Below, one piece after another: positions 28,833 through 39,561 of a stretch of DNA of 64,000 nucleotides. How positions within the stretch are numbered: the stretch's first letter is position 1; each line of letters begins with the position of its first letter. The stretch spans positions 51,328 to 115,327 of IMG/VR virus record IMGVR_UViG_3300021121_000001, one strand, 5' to 3'. A model generated the notes under the pieces. That model searched no databases and was not told the DNA's origin. It saw only the letters and a program-made list of their open reading frames with translations. This stretch comes from a virus. Its lineage: Duplodnaviria; Caudoviricetes. The position numbers and the translations under genes were made by a program.

Positions 28833-29930
28833 ATGAAAAGAAAATTAGCAACAATAAGAAAGATCAGCAATTTAACACCAATTGAAGGTGCAGATAAAAT
28901 CGAATTAGCACACATAGATGGTTGGAAAGTTGTAGTAGCAAAAGACGTAAACCATAAAATAGGTGACTTAGTTGTTTATTGCGAAATAGATTCTTTCCTA
29001 CCAATTGAACCTGAGTTTGAGTTTCTGCGTAAAAGTAGCTACAAGAAATTAGTTGATGGTACTGAAGGATTTCGTTTGAAGACAATAAGACTGAGAGGTC
29101 AGATATCACAAGGACTTATTATTCCGTTAACAGATGCTAGCTCTTTATACATACGCAAAAAAGATCCTTTAATTGACTCTGAAGAATGGGTTGAAGGTGT
29201 AGATGTTACTGAATATTTGGGGATTGTAAAATACGAACCACCGATACCATCTGAATTAGCCGGTAAAGTTAAAGGATTATTTCCTTCATTTTTACAAAAA
29301 ACTGATGAAGAACGAGTGCAAAATTTAGCAAACAAATATCCAGAATGGGTAAAGTCTAATACTACATTTTATGCAACAGAAAAATTAGATGGATCATCTG
29401 CAACATTTTATGTAAGAAATGGTGAGTTTGGTGTATGCTCTAGAAATTTAGAACTTAAAGATTCGGGAGAATTTGTTCCGGGAATGGTTACTTGCGAAGA
29501 TGGTATCGAAAGACCTAAACAAGAAAATACTTTCTGGAAAGTTGCTCGTGAGATGCAATTGAAAGACAAATTGTTAGCAACTAATCGCAACATTTGTTTA
29601 CAAGGAGAATTAATTGGCGAAGGCATACAAGGTAATCCTTATAAGATTAAAGGACACACTGTAAAATTTTACAATGTATTTGATATTGATACACAGAAAA
29701 TATTATATTTTGATGATTTTGTTACTTTTATCACATCTCTCGGCTTAGATACTGTTCCAATACTAACACCGTTTATTCTTCCAAATACAATAGAAGAAAT
29801 ACTGAAATTAGCAGATGGTAAATCTTTCCTGAATCCAAACACTGACAGAGAAGGATTAGTAGTTAGATCAATTGATACTAGTATTAGCTTCAAAGCAATT
29901 AGTAACATCTTTTTATCTAATGAAAAATAA
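28833..29930 (+). CDS. RNA ligase, Rnl2/DRB0094 family
   Basis: N-terminal RKLATI..PIEGADxIE, TEKLDGSS adenylation motif, GELIG, EGLV, FKAIS. Confidence 0.9.
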   Translation: MKRKLATIRKISNLTPIEGADKIELAHIDGWKVVVAKDVNHKIGDLVVYCEIDSFLPIEPEFEFLRKSSYKKLVDGTEGFRLKTIRLRGQISQGLIIPLTDASSLYIRKKDPLIDSEEWVEGVDVTEYLGIVKYEPPIPSELAGKVKGLFPSFLQKTDEERVQNLANKYPEWVKSNTTFYATEKLDGSSATFYVRNGEFGVCSRNLELKDSGEFVPGMVTCEDGIERPKQENTFWKVAREMQLKDKLLATNRNICLQGELIGEGIQGNPYKIKGHTVKFYNVFDIDTQKILYFDDFVTFITSLGLDTVPILTPFILPNTIEEILKLADGKSFLNPNTDREGLVVRSIDTSISFKAISNIFLSNEK

Positions 29931-29975
29931 TTTGTTAAAACCTTTTGAATACTGAAAAAAAGTTATAATTACAAT

Positions 29976-30428
29976 ATGGAAAGAAAATTAGTTTACAATG
30001 CTATAAGAACGCCTGATGGGAAGGTTCTTGAAAGCTGGAGCAGACATGATTACAATGTCTATCAAGATGCTAATGGAAAAGAGTACATGATAGACGGAGG
30101 ACTGTCATATCATAGAAGATCTAACAATGGTGATGAGGTAGACCTATGTGTCTATTCAGACGAGCCTTTTGAAAAAGTAAGGCAGTTTGCCTCAAGAGCC
30201 GGTTATGGTAAGCCTAATTCTAAAGACTATGGTGTTTTTAAAATAACTACCTATCAAAACATGTCTGATGAATACGTAGCTAATGCCATAAGATTTTTAA
30301 AAGATCTTGAGCAGGATATGAATGCATTACATCCTAAGGGAGGCTCTTCAGTAGCTATAGAAATAGGCCTGCTTGAAAAAGAAGTTGAGTACAGAAAAGA
30401 ACATAACATTATAATCAAAGAAAATTAA
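29976..30428 (+). CDS. Conserved phage hypothetical protein
   Basis: NAIRTPDG..RHDY..YMIDGG motif. Confidence 0.7.
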   Translation: MERKLVYNAIRTPDGKVLESWSRHDYNVYQDANGKEYMIDGGLSYHRRSNNGDEVDLCVYSDEPFEKVRQFASRAGYGKPNSKDYGVFKITTYQNMSDEYVANAIRFLKDLEQDMNALHPKGGSSVAIEIGLLEKEVEYRKEHNIIIKEN

Positions 30429-30558
30429 AAAACAATGGAAGAATTACTGGAAGAGATCAGAGAAAATTCTGAATGGCTTGAAACCTCTGAAGGAGATGAA
30501 GTGGAGTGTATCTCTATTGAGAATCTAAAAGCAATACTTGAAAAATATACAATAATAC

Positions 30559-31611
30559 ATGAACTTTAGAGAAGAAATACAGGAAGAAGCAATACAAGTT
30601 GCTTTGAAAAATAATTATGGGGCTATTCAAATTCCTATGAGGGGAGGTAAAACTCTTGTAGGGCTAAGAATAATTGAAAATTTTAAAAAAGTTCTTGTCA
30701 GCTATCCTAATAAATCCATTTTTAACAGTTGGAAAGAAGATTCAGATAAATTTGACATTAGTATTGATCATGTAGACTTCACCACTCATGTTAGTTTAAG
30801 TAAAAAAGACTTAAAATCATATGACTGTGTAATGTTGGATGAAATACATGCAGTTTCAGTGGCAAATTGGGAATTTATTTCTGAAAATATTCCTGTAAGA
30901 ATGTATGGTCTTTCAGGCACTATGCCTGATAAAGGAGAAAAGCTGGATTATATGAATACATATTGTCCAATTATTTACAAAAAAACTTTAGATGATACAA
31001 CAGGTAAAACTAATAAAGATTATAAGATAACTGTACATCTTCTTGAGCCAAGTTCTGAAAAGAATATTGCTCTTAAATCTGGAAAGTTTTGGAGTGAAAA
31101 AGCCAAGATTAGGTTTTTTGAAAATAAATACAACCTTACAAGAAACTTTAATGAAATGTTGTTTTTAATAAGAGCTATTCAGGATAGTGTTACAAAGTTA
31201 GAATATATGAAAAAACTGTCTAATAAAATAGACAGAGGATTGTTTTTTGTAGAAACTTCTAAGCAATGTGATTTAATGGGATTTCCCAGTTATCACAGTA
31301 AGGAATCTAAATCAGAACAAAATCTAATAGATTTCAAAACTGAAAAGATTAACAAACTGGTGACAATAAATCAGCTTCAGGCAGGCGTTACAATACATAA
31401 TCTGAATGATGTTGTTATTCTTCATTGTTATAGTTCTAATAATAAAGCAGCACAGAAACTTGCAAGAGCATTAAATTATGCAGAAGACCAAATAGCAAAT
31501 ATTCATATTATTTGTCTGAAAGGAACAAGAGATGAACAATGGACAAGATCAGGACTAAAAGATTTTGACCCAAAGAAAATAGAATTTATTGAAATTAAAA
31601 CTCAAAAATGA
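30559..31611 (+). CDS. SF2 (DEAD/H-like) helicase
   Basis: GGKT, LDEIH, LSGT and QKLARAL motifs. Confidence 0.85.
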   Translation: MNFREEIQEEAIQVALKNNYGAIQIPMRGGKTLVGLRIIENFKKVLVSYPNKSIFNSWKEDSDKFDISIDHVDFTTHVSLSKKDLKSYDCVMLDEIHAVSVANWEFISENIPVRMYGLSGTMPDKGEKLDYMNTYCPIIYKKTLDDTTGKTNKDYKITVHLLEPSSEKNIALKSGKFWSEKAKIRFFENKYNLTRNFNEMLFLIRAIQDSVTKLEYMKKLSNKIDRGLFFVETSKQCDLMGFPSYHSKESKSEQNLIDFKTEKINKLVTINQLQAGVTIHNLNDVVILHCYSSNNKAAQKLARALNYAEDQIANIHIICLKGTRDEQWTRSGLKDFDPKKIEFIEIKTQK

Positions 31612-31859
31612 CATTGCAAATAACAAAAGAGCTATTAAGAAGAATAAAAAAAGAAAGCCTAACTCTTACAAGTTGGGCTTTTTTAATATCTTTGCACACC
31701 CAAAATGAAATTTTTGATCTTGATGATATTTCAGATTATGCATTTATTGCACAACAACTTGGGGTGCTGGGTTTTATAACGCTAAATGGGGAGGATACAG
31801 ATGATTTATATTGTCTTACAGAGAAAGGAAAAGAATTAATAAAAGAATTAAACAATTAA
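31608..31859 (+). CDS. Small winged-helix-like protein
   Basis: GFI...LTEKG wing motif. Confidence 0.5.
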   Translation: MTLQITKELLRRIKKESLTLTSWAFLISLHTQNEIFDLDDISDYAFIAQQLGVLGFITLNGEDTDDLYCLTEKGKELIKELNN

Positions 31860-31893
31860 ATATGGGATTATACTCCCGGTAAAATAAATTTAT

Positions 31894-33888
31894 ATGAAAA
31901 TAGATAAAACTAATTTAAAAATAGCTATTGGCGATATAGAAACTCTATATTGCTGTTCTATGTTTGGATTTTATGATTTTGAAAATGATAAATGGCATAT
32001 TTTTGAAATAAGTGAATTTAAGAATGACCTGTATGCATTTGTTAAATTCTATAATAGAGCAAACTGGGACAGAATAGTTTGGTTCAATGGAATAGATTTT
32101 GACACACAGGTCATTCAATTTGTCCTTAACAACTATCAAAAATGGTTTGATAACAGTCCTCTTGAAATATGCAAATTTATATATGATGCTGCTCAGAAAG
32201 TCATAGATGATAAAAATTATGGTATTTTTAATCAGTTTAGACAAGACTCAATTGAAATAAAACCTATAGATGTCTACACTATTTTAGGACTTGATAATGA
32301 AATGAGAAGAAGCTCATTAAAGAAATGTGCCTTTCAATTAGATGAAGAAGTTGAGGAAATGCCAATACACCATAGTGTTAAATCTTTAACTCTGAAAGAA
32401 TTGGAAGAAGTGAAGGAATATATGAAAAATGATATTCTTGTAACTTTACAACTTTTTAATATAGTTATTGGAAATACTTCTCATCCTCTTTACAAAGGAA
32501 ACAACCAATTAGAATTAAGAAATGATATTCAGGAGGAATTTGGAATTGATTGCTTAAATTATTCAGATATTAAAATAGGTGATGAACTTCTTAAATCCAA
32601 TTATGCAAAAGCAATAAAGAAAGAAGTTAAAGATCTTCCCAAAAAGGGAACTTTCAGAAAAGAAATAAAATTAAAATTCTGCATCCCTAAATATGCTGAA
32701 TTTAAAACTGAACAACTCCAAAAACTTCTAAAGGACACAAAAGAAAAAGTATTAAAACAACAGGAGAGCCATGAATCTAAATTTACATTTAGAGGTACAT
32801 CATACACTATTGGACTTGGTGGTGCTCATAGTGATAATACTAATGAGATTTGGAGTTCTGATGAAGAATATCAATTGGTTGATTTGGATGTTGGATCTCT
32901 ATATCCGGCTATTATTGTAAACAACAATTATTATCCATACCATCTTGGTAAAGAATTATTAGGAGTTTATAAGCAATTATATGAAAAGAGAATAGAGCTT
33001 AAACCTTTAGCCAAAAAAGACAAAAGAATAGCAGGTATTGTAAATGCATATAAATTGTCACTTAATTCGTCCTACGGAAAAATGGGTTCTATGGATAGTT
33101 GGATGTTTGATAAACAAGTTCAGATTAGTGTATGTTTAACTGGACAATTCTCTCTTTTGATGCTTGTAGAAGCTATGGAACTTGAAGGCATACATGTATT
33201 TAGTTTGAATACTGATGGCATCACTCTTAAATTACATAAAGATAAAAAGGAAGTATTTGAAAAGATATGTAAAGAATGGGAACAAAAAACACAATTTGTA
33301 CTTGAAAGGGTTGATTATTCTAAAATAATATATTCCACTGTAAATGATTATATTGCTATAACAAATGAAGGAAAAGTTAAAACTAAAGGTGATTTCATTT
33401 CTGATTTTGAATTATGGAAAAATAAATCAAATAGAGTTGTAGCATTGGCTCTTCAGGAATATTTTACAAAAGGTACAGATCCAAAAGAATTTATTACAAA
33501 TCATAAAAATATTTTTGATTATTGTATAATGTCAAGAGCAACAGGGGAACTTCATCTTGAACTTCAGGATGAAGGCGGAAATATCATTAAACTTAAAAAA
33601 CTTGTAAGATATTATTTATCTAAAAATTCAAACTGGCAATTATTTAAAAGAGGAACAGGATCAACAGGAAAACCAATGAATGTAAACCAGGCTGCTCCTA
33701 ATGAACTTGGAACTCTTTATGTTCAATATTATAATAAACATGAAGAAAAGCCTTTTGAAGAATATAATGTTGATGTAAATCAATATATTTATAAGGCATA
33801 TAAACTTATTGCAAAAATTGAAAAGAATAAAAAAGATAAGAATTTCATTGCAAGTTTGAATAATTGTAAACAAATCTCATTATTTTAA
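31894..33888 (+). CDS. polB: DNA polymerase family B (crAss-type)
   Basis: Exo DIET and FNGIDFD; polymerase DVGSLYP, KLSLNSSYG, NTDG. Confidence 0.93.
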   Translation: MKIDKTNLKIAIGDIETLYCCSMFGFYDFENDKWHIFEISEFKNDLYAFVKFYNRANWDRIVWFNGIDFDTQVIQFVLNNYQKWFDNSPLEICKFIYDAAQKVIDDKNYGIFNQFRQDSIEIKPIDVYTILGLDNEMRRSSLKKCAFQLDEEVEEMPIHHSVKSLTLKELEEVKEYMKNDILVTLQLFNIVIGNTSHPLYKGNNQLELRNDIQEEFGIDCLNYSDIKIGDELLKSNYAKAIKKEVKDLPKKGTFRKEIKLKFCIPKYAEFKTEQLQKLLKDTKEKVLKQQESHESKFTFRGTSYTIGLGGAHSDNTNEIWSSDEEYQLVDLDVGSLYPAIIVNNNYYPYHLGKELLGVYKQLYEKRIELKPLAKKDKRIAGIVNAYKLSLNSSYGKMGSMDSWMFDKQVQISVCLTGQFSLLMLVEAMELEGIHVFSLNTDGITLKLHKDKKEVFEKICKEWEQKTQFVLERVDYSKIIYSTVNDYIAITNEGKVKTKGDFISDFELWKNKSNRVVALALQEYFTKGTDPKEFITNHKNIFDYCIMSRATGELHLELQDEGGNIIKLKKLVRYYLSKNSNWQLFKRGTGSTGKPMNVNQAAPNELGTLYVQYYNKHEEKPFEEYNVDVNQYIYKAYKLIAKIEKNKKDKNFIASLNNCKQISLF

Positions 33889-33896
33889 AAAACAAA

Positions 33897-34154
33897 ATGG
33901 AAAAAAAACAGCTTTATCTTGTAGGAACGCTTACAAAAGAAAAACAAATAGATGCAAATGATGCAATATATGTTCATAATGATGAGGAAATAGAAAAAAT
34001 ATTTCAATCAGGAAGTTATGAAGAAGAAGAGAACTATTTTAGAATTCCTTTAAATTTGGAAGAACTGGAAGAAATATTTGTCAAAAGACAAATTGAATTT
34101 AAAAAAGTAAAGCATGGAACTGATACTAACACCAAAAATAATAGAAAGCATTAG
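33897..34154 (+). CDS. Hypothetical protein
   Basis: ORF. Confidence 0.55.
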   Translation: MEKKQLYLVGTLTKEKQIDANDAIYVHNDEEIEKIFQSGSYEEEENYFRIPLNLEELEEIFVKRQIEFKKVKHGTDTNTKNNRKH

Positions 34155-34668
34155 TATTCCAATTGATCAGTTTATATATCTTTGGCTTAGAAGTATAGAA
34201 GTAACTCCAAACTTTAGTTGCAATGTTCCTCTTATAATAGAAGGGTATTTATATCCTTCAGGGAACATTGCTCCTAAAGGAATGAGTTTTATACAAAATG
34301 TTTTAGGAAACGTGTATCATAAAGTAGACAATTATGAACAACTTCATAAAGAATTACAGGATAGATTGTTTGTTTTAACAGGAAAAAAGCAAGTTAAAGC
34401 AAATGGAAGCTATACATTCTTATGCAATTCTATAGATCTTAAGTCTAGGCTTACAAGGGTTATAACAAAATATAAACTGGCAGATTGGGAAAAAGTTAAG
34501 AAACTTCTACTTTCTCATGTTGAAAAAGCACACAACCAGAAATTTGATAAAGTTATGCTTATTCAATATTATATAGAAAAGAATGGAAATTCTAACTTAG
34601 CTTCTGATTATGAGAGTTTTACAGAAGAAAAAACAACAACATTTAAATCAAATCAAAAATTTGTATAA
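34114..34668 (+). CDS. Hypothetical protein upstream of helicase (loader/initiator candidate)
   Basis: Coupled to the DnaB-like gene; role by position only. Confidence 0.5.
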   Translation: MELILTPKIIESISIPIDQFIYLWLRSIEVTPNFSCNVPLIIEGYLYPSGNIAPKGMSFIQNVLGNVYHKVDNYEQLHKELQDRLFVLTGKKQVKANGSYTFLCNSIDLKSRLTRVITKYKLADWEKVKKLLLSHVEKAHNQKFDKVMLIQYYIEKNGNSNLASDYESFTEEKTTTFKSNQKFV

Positions 34669-35585
34669 TGGCAATTAAAAGTATAGCTGACGTAGTTAGA
34701 GAAACTGAAAAATACATTGATGATAGGAGAAAAGGAGTTATAAAATCCTATAAGACAGGATATTCTAAGTTTGACAATGCAAATCTTGATGGTTGGGAAT
34801 GGGGATCAGCTATAACTATAGGAGCCAGACCTAGTGTTGGTAAAACTGTATTCACCTCATGTTTGTTAAGAAATAGCTTTGATTATAATGATTTTAAAGA
34901 CATTGTAATATTAGAATTCAACTGGGAAATGGCAAGTAGGGTGTTATTGCTAAGAGAATTAAGTGCAGACACAAAGAATAGCTATAAGGATGTTATATCA
35001 GCAGGAAATATAAAAGTTACCGATGAAGCATTTAAGTATTATTCTGAAGTGCTTAAGAAATATGCAAATCTTCCTATTTATTATGAAGAAGAACCTAAAA
35101 CAGCTAAAGAATTTGCAGCAGTTGTTAGAAAATTCAGAGACAAACATAAAGATAAGAAGATATTGGTAAGAACTGATCACACTATTCTTGGCAGAAAATC
35201 TGCTTCTGAGGGAAATCAAACAGAGATGCTTTACAATCTATTCTTTGAAGGAAATATAATCAAGAAAGAATCTGATATTATATTTATTTGGCTTACACAG
35301 CTACAAAGGGATTTTGAAACAAGACAAGAGGATGGAACAGATAAAGCATTTCCAAGACAATCTGATGTTTTTGGTTCTGATGCTGCTGCAATGTATTCAG
35401 AATCAATAATACTTCTAAATAAACCCTCGCGGTATGGAATATCTTATTATGGGAATAGGGGAAGTGGTATAGTTGTAGAACAGAATGATCTTTTTGCTCA
35501 CATGGTAAAAAACAGAAACGGGGAAGGAGATATGATCCTTAAATACAAGACACAATTTGAAACAATGAGTATAACAGAATGTTAA
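34668..35585 (+). CDS. DnaB-like replicative helicase (ATPase domain only)
   Basis: GARPSVGKT, EM, DH, QLQR and KNRNG motifs. Confidence 0.88.
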   Translation: MAIKSIADVVRETEKYIDDRRKGVIKSYKTGYSKFDNANLDGWEWGSAITIGARPSVGKTVFTSCLLRNSFDYNDFKDIVILEFNWEMASRVLLLRELSADTKNSYKDVISAGNIKVTDEAFKYYSEVLKKYANLPIYYEEEPKTAKEFAAVVRKFRDKHKDKKILVRTDHTILGRKSASEGNQTEMLYNLFFEGNIIKKESDIIFIWLTQLQRDFETRQEDGTDKAFPRQSDVFGSDAAAMYSESIILLNKPSRYGISYYGNRGSGIVVEQNDLFAHMVKNRNGEGDMILKYKTQFETMSITEC

Positions 35586-35589
35586 AATT

Positions 35590-36000
35590 ATGACACAACA
35601 GGAAATTATAGAAAATTTAAAAACAAAATTTGGGGTAGAGACAAAGAATGCCTATCCTAAAAAAACATATTTGAGAGATGGATTTCCATTCATAGGTGTG
35701 TTTTCAAGTGAACTAAAGGAAGATTTTTATTTTTATGTAGAATATAGAAATGAATATTATAAACTTCCCTACAGAGAAAATTATAAAGAATACTACATTC
35801 CTGAAATATTTGATGGAAAAACAAAATATCAAATAGATATGAGTGATTGTATTCTTCTTAAAGAACCAGAGGAATATAGAGAACTTGAAGATGCTTCTTT
35901 TATGGGAGAAACAACATTAAGAGATGTTGCCTCAATCATCTTGAACAAGCCTGTTTCCAACAAGACTTGGCTTAATGAGATAATAAATTTAAAACAATAA
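35590..36000 (+). CDS. Conserved crAss-like replication-region protein
   Basis: C-terminal TLRD..I....PVSNKxWLN. Confidence 0.6.
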   Translation: MTQQEIIENLKTKFGVETKNAYPKKTYLRDGFPFIGVFSSELKEDFYFYVEYRNEYYKLPYRENYKEYYIPEIFDGKTKYQIDMSDCILLKEPEEYRELEDASFMGETTLRDVASIILNKPVSNKTWLNEIINLKQ

Positions 36001-36027
36001 TTGCTTTAAATTTAGTAAGATATTGCG

Positions 36028-36035
36028 TATATTTG
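36028..36035 (+). promoter_or_regulatory. Bacteroidota -7 promoter TATATTTG
   Basis: Consensus TAnnTTTG with TTG upstream, intergenic. Confidence 0.7.
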
Positions 36036-36058
36036 CAATTAAATAAAAAATAAAATAA

Positions 36059-36871
36059 ATGCAACAAGAAGAATTTAAACTGCCGGATGATGTACAAATT
36101 GCTACACAAAATAATCCAAGAGACCTTGTAGTAATTTCAATTCCTAAAATGGGAAAAGGTACAATTCTTGGAAGTTTTACAGAAAATCATAATGCTATTG
36201 TATTTGATTTGGAAAAAGGAGGGTATGAATATATAAATGCAAGAAAAATAAGCACATATATAAGTCAGGACACAACACTTACAGAAGCTTATGATAATTA
36301 TGTGAAATACAGAAATCTCCTTCTTCAAACCAAAGGAAAGTATGAATATCTCATAATAGATGGACTTTCAGATCTCGACTCTCTATCTATGATTGGTGGA
36401 ACATATCTTTTCATGGATAGTGTTATGGGTAAGACCTTTAACAGAAAAGATGGAAAGAAGTTAAAATATGGAGAACCTGGATTTATATTTGTTACAGAAT
36501 ATCTTAAAGATGGAGGAGGATATAAATGGACAAGAGATTGGTTTTTGAATCAAATAGAAATATTCAGACAAATATCTCCATATAGGATTTATGCAGCACA
36601 TATTTCAGACAAACTTCTAAGAGATAATGGAAAAGAAGAAGTTGCAGGAAGTGAAATATCTCTTACAGGAAAGCTTAAAACTATTTTTGCTTCTAAAGTG
36701 ACAGCTTTGGCTAAACTTGTAGCTGAAGAAAATAAGAGATATTTGAATTTTCAAGTTTTAAACGACTCAATTATTGCTGGCAGTCGTAACCCAAGGCTGT
36801 TTGGTAAGATATTAATATCTGATAAAATAGATAATAAAATAGTCACCTATTGGGAAAAAATATATGAGTAA
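36059..36871 (+). CDS. AAA_24/Sak4-like P-loop ATPase
   Basis: PKMGKG Walker A, DLEKG, IIDG, AH motifs; next to SSB. Confidence 0.75.
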   Translation: MQQEEFKLPDDVQIATQNNPRDLVVISIPKMGKGTILGSFTENHNAIVFDLEKGGYEYINARKISTYISQDTTLTEAYDNYVKYRNLLLQTKGKYEYLIIDGLSDLDSLSMIGGTYLFMDSVMGKTFNRKDGKKLKYGEPGFIFVTEYLKDGGGYKWTRDWFLNQIEIFRQISPYRIYAAHISDKLLRDNGKEEVAGSEISLTGKLKTIFASKVTALAKLVAEENKRYLNFQVLNDSIIAGSRNPRLFGKILISDKIDNKIVTYWEKIYE

Positions 36872-36907
36872 TTTAGAGATTTAGATAGTTTTTATTATAT
36901 TTATAAC

Positions 36908-37576
36908 ATGAAGTCAGGAATATACAGTATAACATGTCTTATTAATAATAAAAAATATATAGGTTATGCAACAAATCTTCAGAAAAGAAAAGGAAATCAT
37001 TTTGATGATTTAAGAGATAATAAGCATAGGAATAATCACTTACAAAATGCTTATAACCTATATAAAAAAGAAAACTTCTTGTTTGAAATAGTTGAATACT
37101 GTAGAGTAGCTGATTTATGTATTTTAGAACATTATTGGGCACATTTTTATGATGTTTGGGATAGGGATAAAGGGTATAATATTGATAAAACTAACCCTGA
37201 TGGGAAAGCCAAAAGATCAGAAGAAACTTGTAAAAAGATAGGAGATGCTCATAGAGGAAAATTTGTCACAGATGAAACAAAGGAGAAAATTTCTAAAAGT
37301 AAAAAAGGACAAACTCATACAAAGGAAGCTAAAGATAAAATTGGAATAGGCGCAAAAGGTAGGGTATTTTCTAAAGAATCTCTAGAAAGAAGAGCAAATA
37401 CTAGATCTATACCTATTATTCAATTATCTAAGAATGAAGAATTTATTAAAGAATGGAAGTCTGCTAAAGAAGCTAGTGAGTGTTTAGATATAAATCATAG
37501 AAATATATCTAGCACTTGTAGAAAAGAAAGAAAAACAGCAGGAAAATTTATTTGGAAATTTATAATTAAAAATTAA
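36908..37576 (+). CDS. Free-standing GIY-YIG homing endonuclease with NUMOD3 repeats
   Basis: SGIY..YIG..R..H, GYN, ETKEKIS repeats, NUMOD1-like C-terminus. Confidence 0.9.
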   Translation: MKSGIYSITCLINNKKYIGYATNLQKRKGNHFDDLRDNKHRNNHLQNAYNLYKKENFLFEIVEYCRVADLCILEHYWAHFYDVWDRDKGYNIDKTNPDGKAKRSEETCKKIGDAHRGKFVTDETKEKISKSKKGQTHTKEAKDKIGIGAKGRVFSKESLERRANTRSIPIIQLSKNEEFIKEWKSAKEASECLDINHRNISSTCRKERKTAGKFIWKFIIKN

Positions 37577-37582
37577 ACAAAA

Positions 37583-38524
37583 ATGAAAGTAAATCAAAAT
37601 CAGGGAAGTATTGAGAATATTAAATATGTAGGAGTTTCTGTTGTAACTCCATTGGTATTCAATCCTAACAGAGAAGAATTGGATAAAGTGCTTGGAGTTG
37701 AGAGAGCAGATGATTATGTACCTAAAGATGAATTTGTATATGTCAAAGAAAATGTAGAATTGAAACAAAAAGACAAAGAAGGCAATGAACTGGATAGTAT
37801 TTTTTGTGATCAACTCAACATCACTGTTTGGGTGAAAGAAGAAAAAACAAAAAAAGCTTTTCCTATAAATTTTACTATTTATAATGCTGAAGATGTTTCT
37901 TCTACAGGAAAGTACAAATTTGTCAATCAGCATGGTAAAAGTATTTATTGTGACAGCGCAGAAAATCTAAGCGAATATTTCACTCACACTCCAGGAAAAA
38001 TAAAACAACCTCTTGAATATAGAAAAGCATTTAAAGGAGAGGCTAATTTCCTTGAATTTCTTGCATCTTGGACAAATATAAATCCTTTTGACAATCAGAG
38101 TTCTTTGTTTGTAGAGGACACAAAAAAGTTTTGGGCAGGGAATATGAAAGAGCTTAACTCTATTCTTGTTGACTTTTCTACAAATTCTGTAATGGTTAAT
38201 TTTAATGTAAAAGTTAAGGAAGTTTCAGATGACCAAGGGAATACAGAAATAAAAGAATATAACAGAATAGCTACAAAAGCATTTTGTTCAGGTGGAATGA
38301 TGAAATATTTCAGGCAATATGCTAAGAATAATTTTAAGGATTTGAATGGAAAAGCTAAAATAAGTGGTGTAAGTATGTATAATTTGAATAAATTTGTAGA
38401 AGATATTTATGGAGACTATGGTGTAAAAGATCATACATTCAAAGGAGAACTTATAGAATATGATCCTAATGCAAATCCTGTTAATACTGATTCTGCAATA
38501 GTTCATGATGATAGTTCTTATTAA
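37583..38524 (+). CDS. Putative single-stranded DNA-binding protein (crAss-type)
   Basis: NPNREEL, S.TGK..FVN.HG, AFxGE motifs; acidic tail; lies between AAA and primase. Confidence 0.6.
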   Translation: MKVNQNQGSIENIKYVGVSVVTPLVFNPNREELDKVLGVERADDYVPKDEFVYVKENVELKQKDKEGNELDSIFCDQLNITVWVKEEKTKKAFPINFTIYNAEDVSSTGKYKFVNQHGKSIYCDSAENLSEYFTHTPGKIKQPLEYRKAFKGEANFLEFLASWTNINPFDNQSSLFVEDTKKFWAGNMKELNSILVDFSTNSVMVNFNVKVKEVSDDQGNTEIKEYNRIATKAFCSGGMMKYFRQYAKNNFKDLNGKAKISGVSMYNLNKFVEDIYGDYGVKDHTFKGELIEYDPNANPVNTDSAIVHDDSSY

Positions 38525-38543
38525 ATAAATTAACAAAAAATAT

Positions 38544-38579
38544 AAAGCCCCATAACAAATAAATTATGGGGCTTTTTTT
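38544..38579 (+). terminator. Rho-independent terminator
   Basis: AAAGCCCCATAA..TTATGGGGCTTTTTTT. Confidence 0.8.
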
Positions 38580-38589
38580 ATTAATTGAT

Positions 38590-39561
38590 ATGAAAATAGC
38601 TAAAAGAATTGATTTAAAAGAACTTATAGATACATATCTTTCTGACTTGGAAATATTTAACAGGTATATTGGAAATGTACAAATAGGAAATCCATTCTGT
38701 TCTCTACTTAGAACAGATAAAAATCCTTCATGTAACTTATATATATCTAAAAGCGGGACAGTGAGATATAAAGATCACAGTACAGGAGATAATCTTACAG
38801 CTATTAGTTATGTTCAGACTTTATTCAATTTGAGTTACCCAGATGCACTAAGAAAAATAGCTGCTGATTTTAATTTAAATGACCAGGAGTTTACAGCAAA
38901 GCCTATATTCAATTCAAAAAAACCTGAAATTGTAAAACAAAAAGTGGAAATAAAAATAGTTCCAAAGAAGTTTACAGAAGCAGATTTAGAATATTGGTCT
39001 AGCTTTGGTATTAGTTATGAAACATTAAAACTTTTTAATGTTTATTCTGTAGATAAGCTGTGGATAAAAAAGCAACCAATGATCATCAAAAGAGATGAAT
39101 TATGTTTTGCTTATTATTTTCCACAGTCCAATCATTTGAAAATTTATTTTCCATTAAGAAAAAAAGGAAACAAATGGTATAGCAATACAGATAATATCTG
39201 TGATGTTCAGGGATACTATCAAATGAACATAAAAGATACCAAACCAAGTATAATACTTACAAGTTCTTTAAAGGAAGTTATGCTGCTATGGGAATATGGT
39301 ATTAAAAGTATGGCAATTCATGGGGAACTTGCTAATTATGATGTTGATTTTATAAGGCATATTAAAAAATATTGCACTGAAATAAGATCTCTTTATGATT
39401 GGGATGAATCTGGATTTAAAGCAGGAAACAATCTTAAAAATCTTCATGGTATTGAAATGATAACAAAACCTGATGATTTACAATGTAAGGATATTTCTGA
39501 TTGTTTTAGACAAAACAAAGAAACAGCAATTGAATTTTTAAAAAGTATAAAACATGAATAA
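38590..39561 (+). CDS. DNA primase (DnaG-like, crAss-type)
   Basis: SLLRxDxNPSC Zn-domain region, YWxxFGI, TOPRIM YDWDESG, KDISD. Confidence 0.85.
   Translation: MKIAKRIDLKELIDTYLSDLEIFNRYIGNVQIGNPFCSLLRTDKNPSCNLYISKSGTVRYKDHSTGDNLTAISYVQTLFNLSYPDALRKIAADFNLNDQEFTAKPIFNSKKPEIVKQKVEIKIVPKKFTEADLEYWSSFGISYETLKLFNVYSVDKLWIKKQPMIIKRDELCFAYYFPQSNHLKIYFPLRKKGNKWYSNTDNICDVQGYYQMNIKDTKPSIILTSSLKEVMLLWEYGIKSMAIHGELANYDVDFIRHIKKYCTEIRSLYDWDESGFKAGNNLKNLHGIEMITKPDDLQCKDISDCFRQNKETAIEFLKSIKHE

Noticed and set aside
36872-37582. GIY-YIG gene as part of a fourth intron
   Set aside because: The flanks are too short, there are no P/Q/R/S core sequences, and the neighbouring genes are complete.
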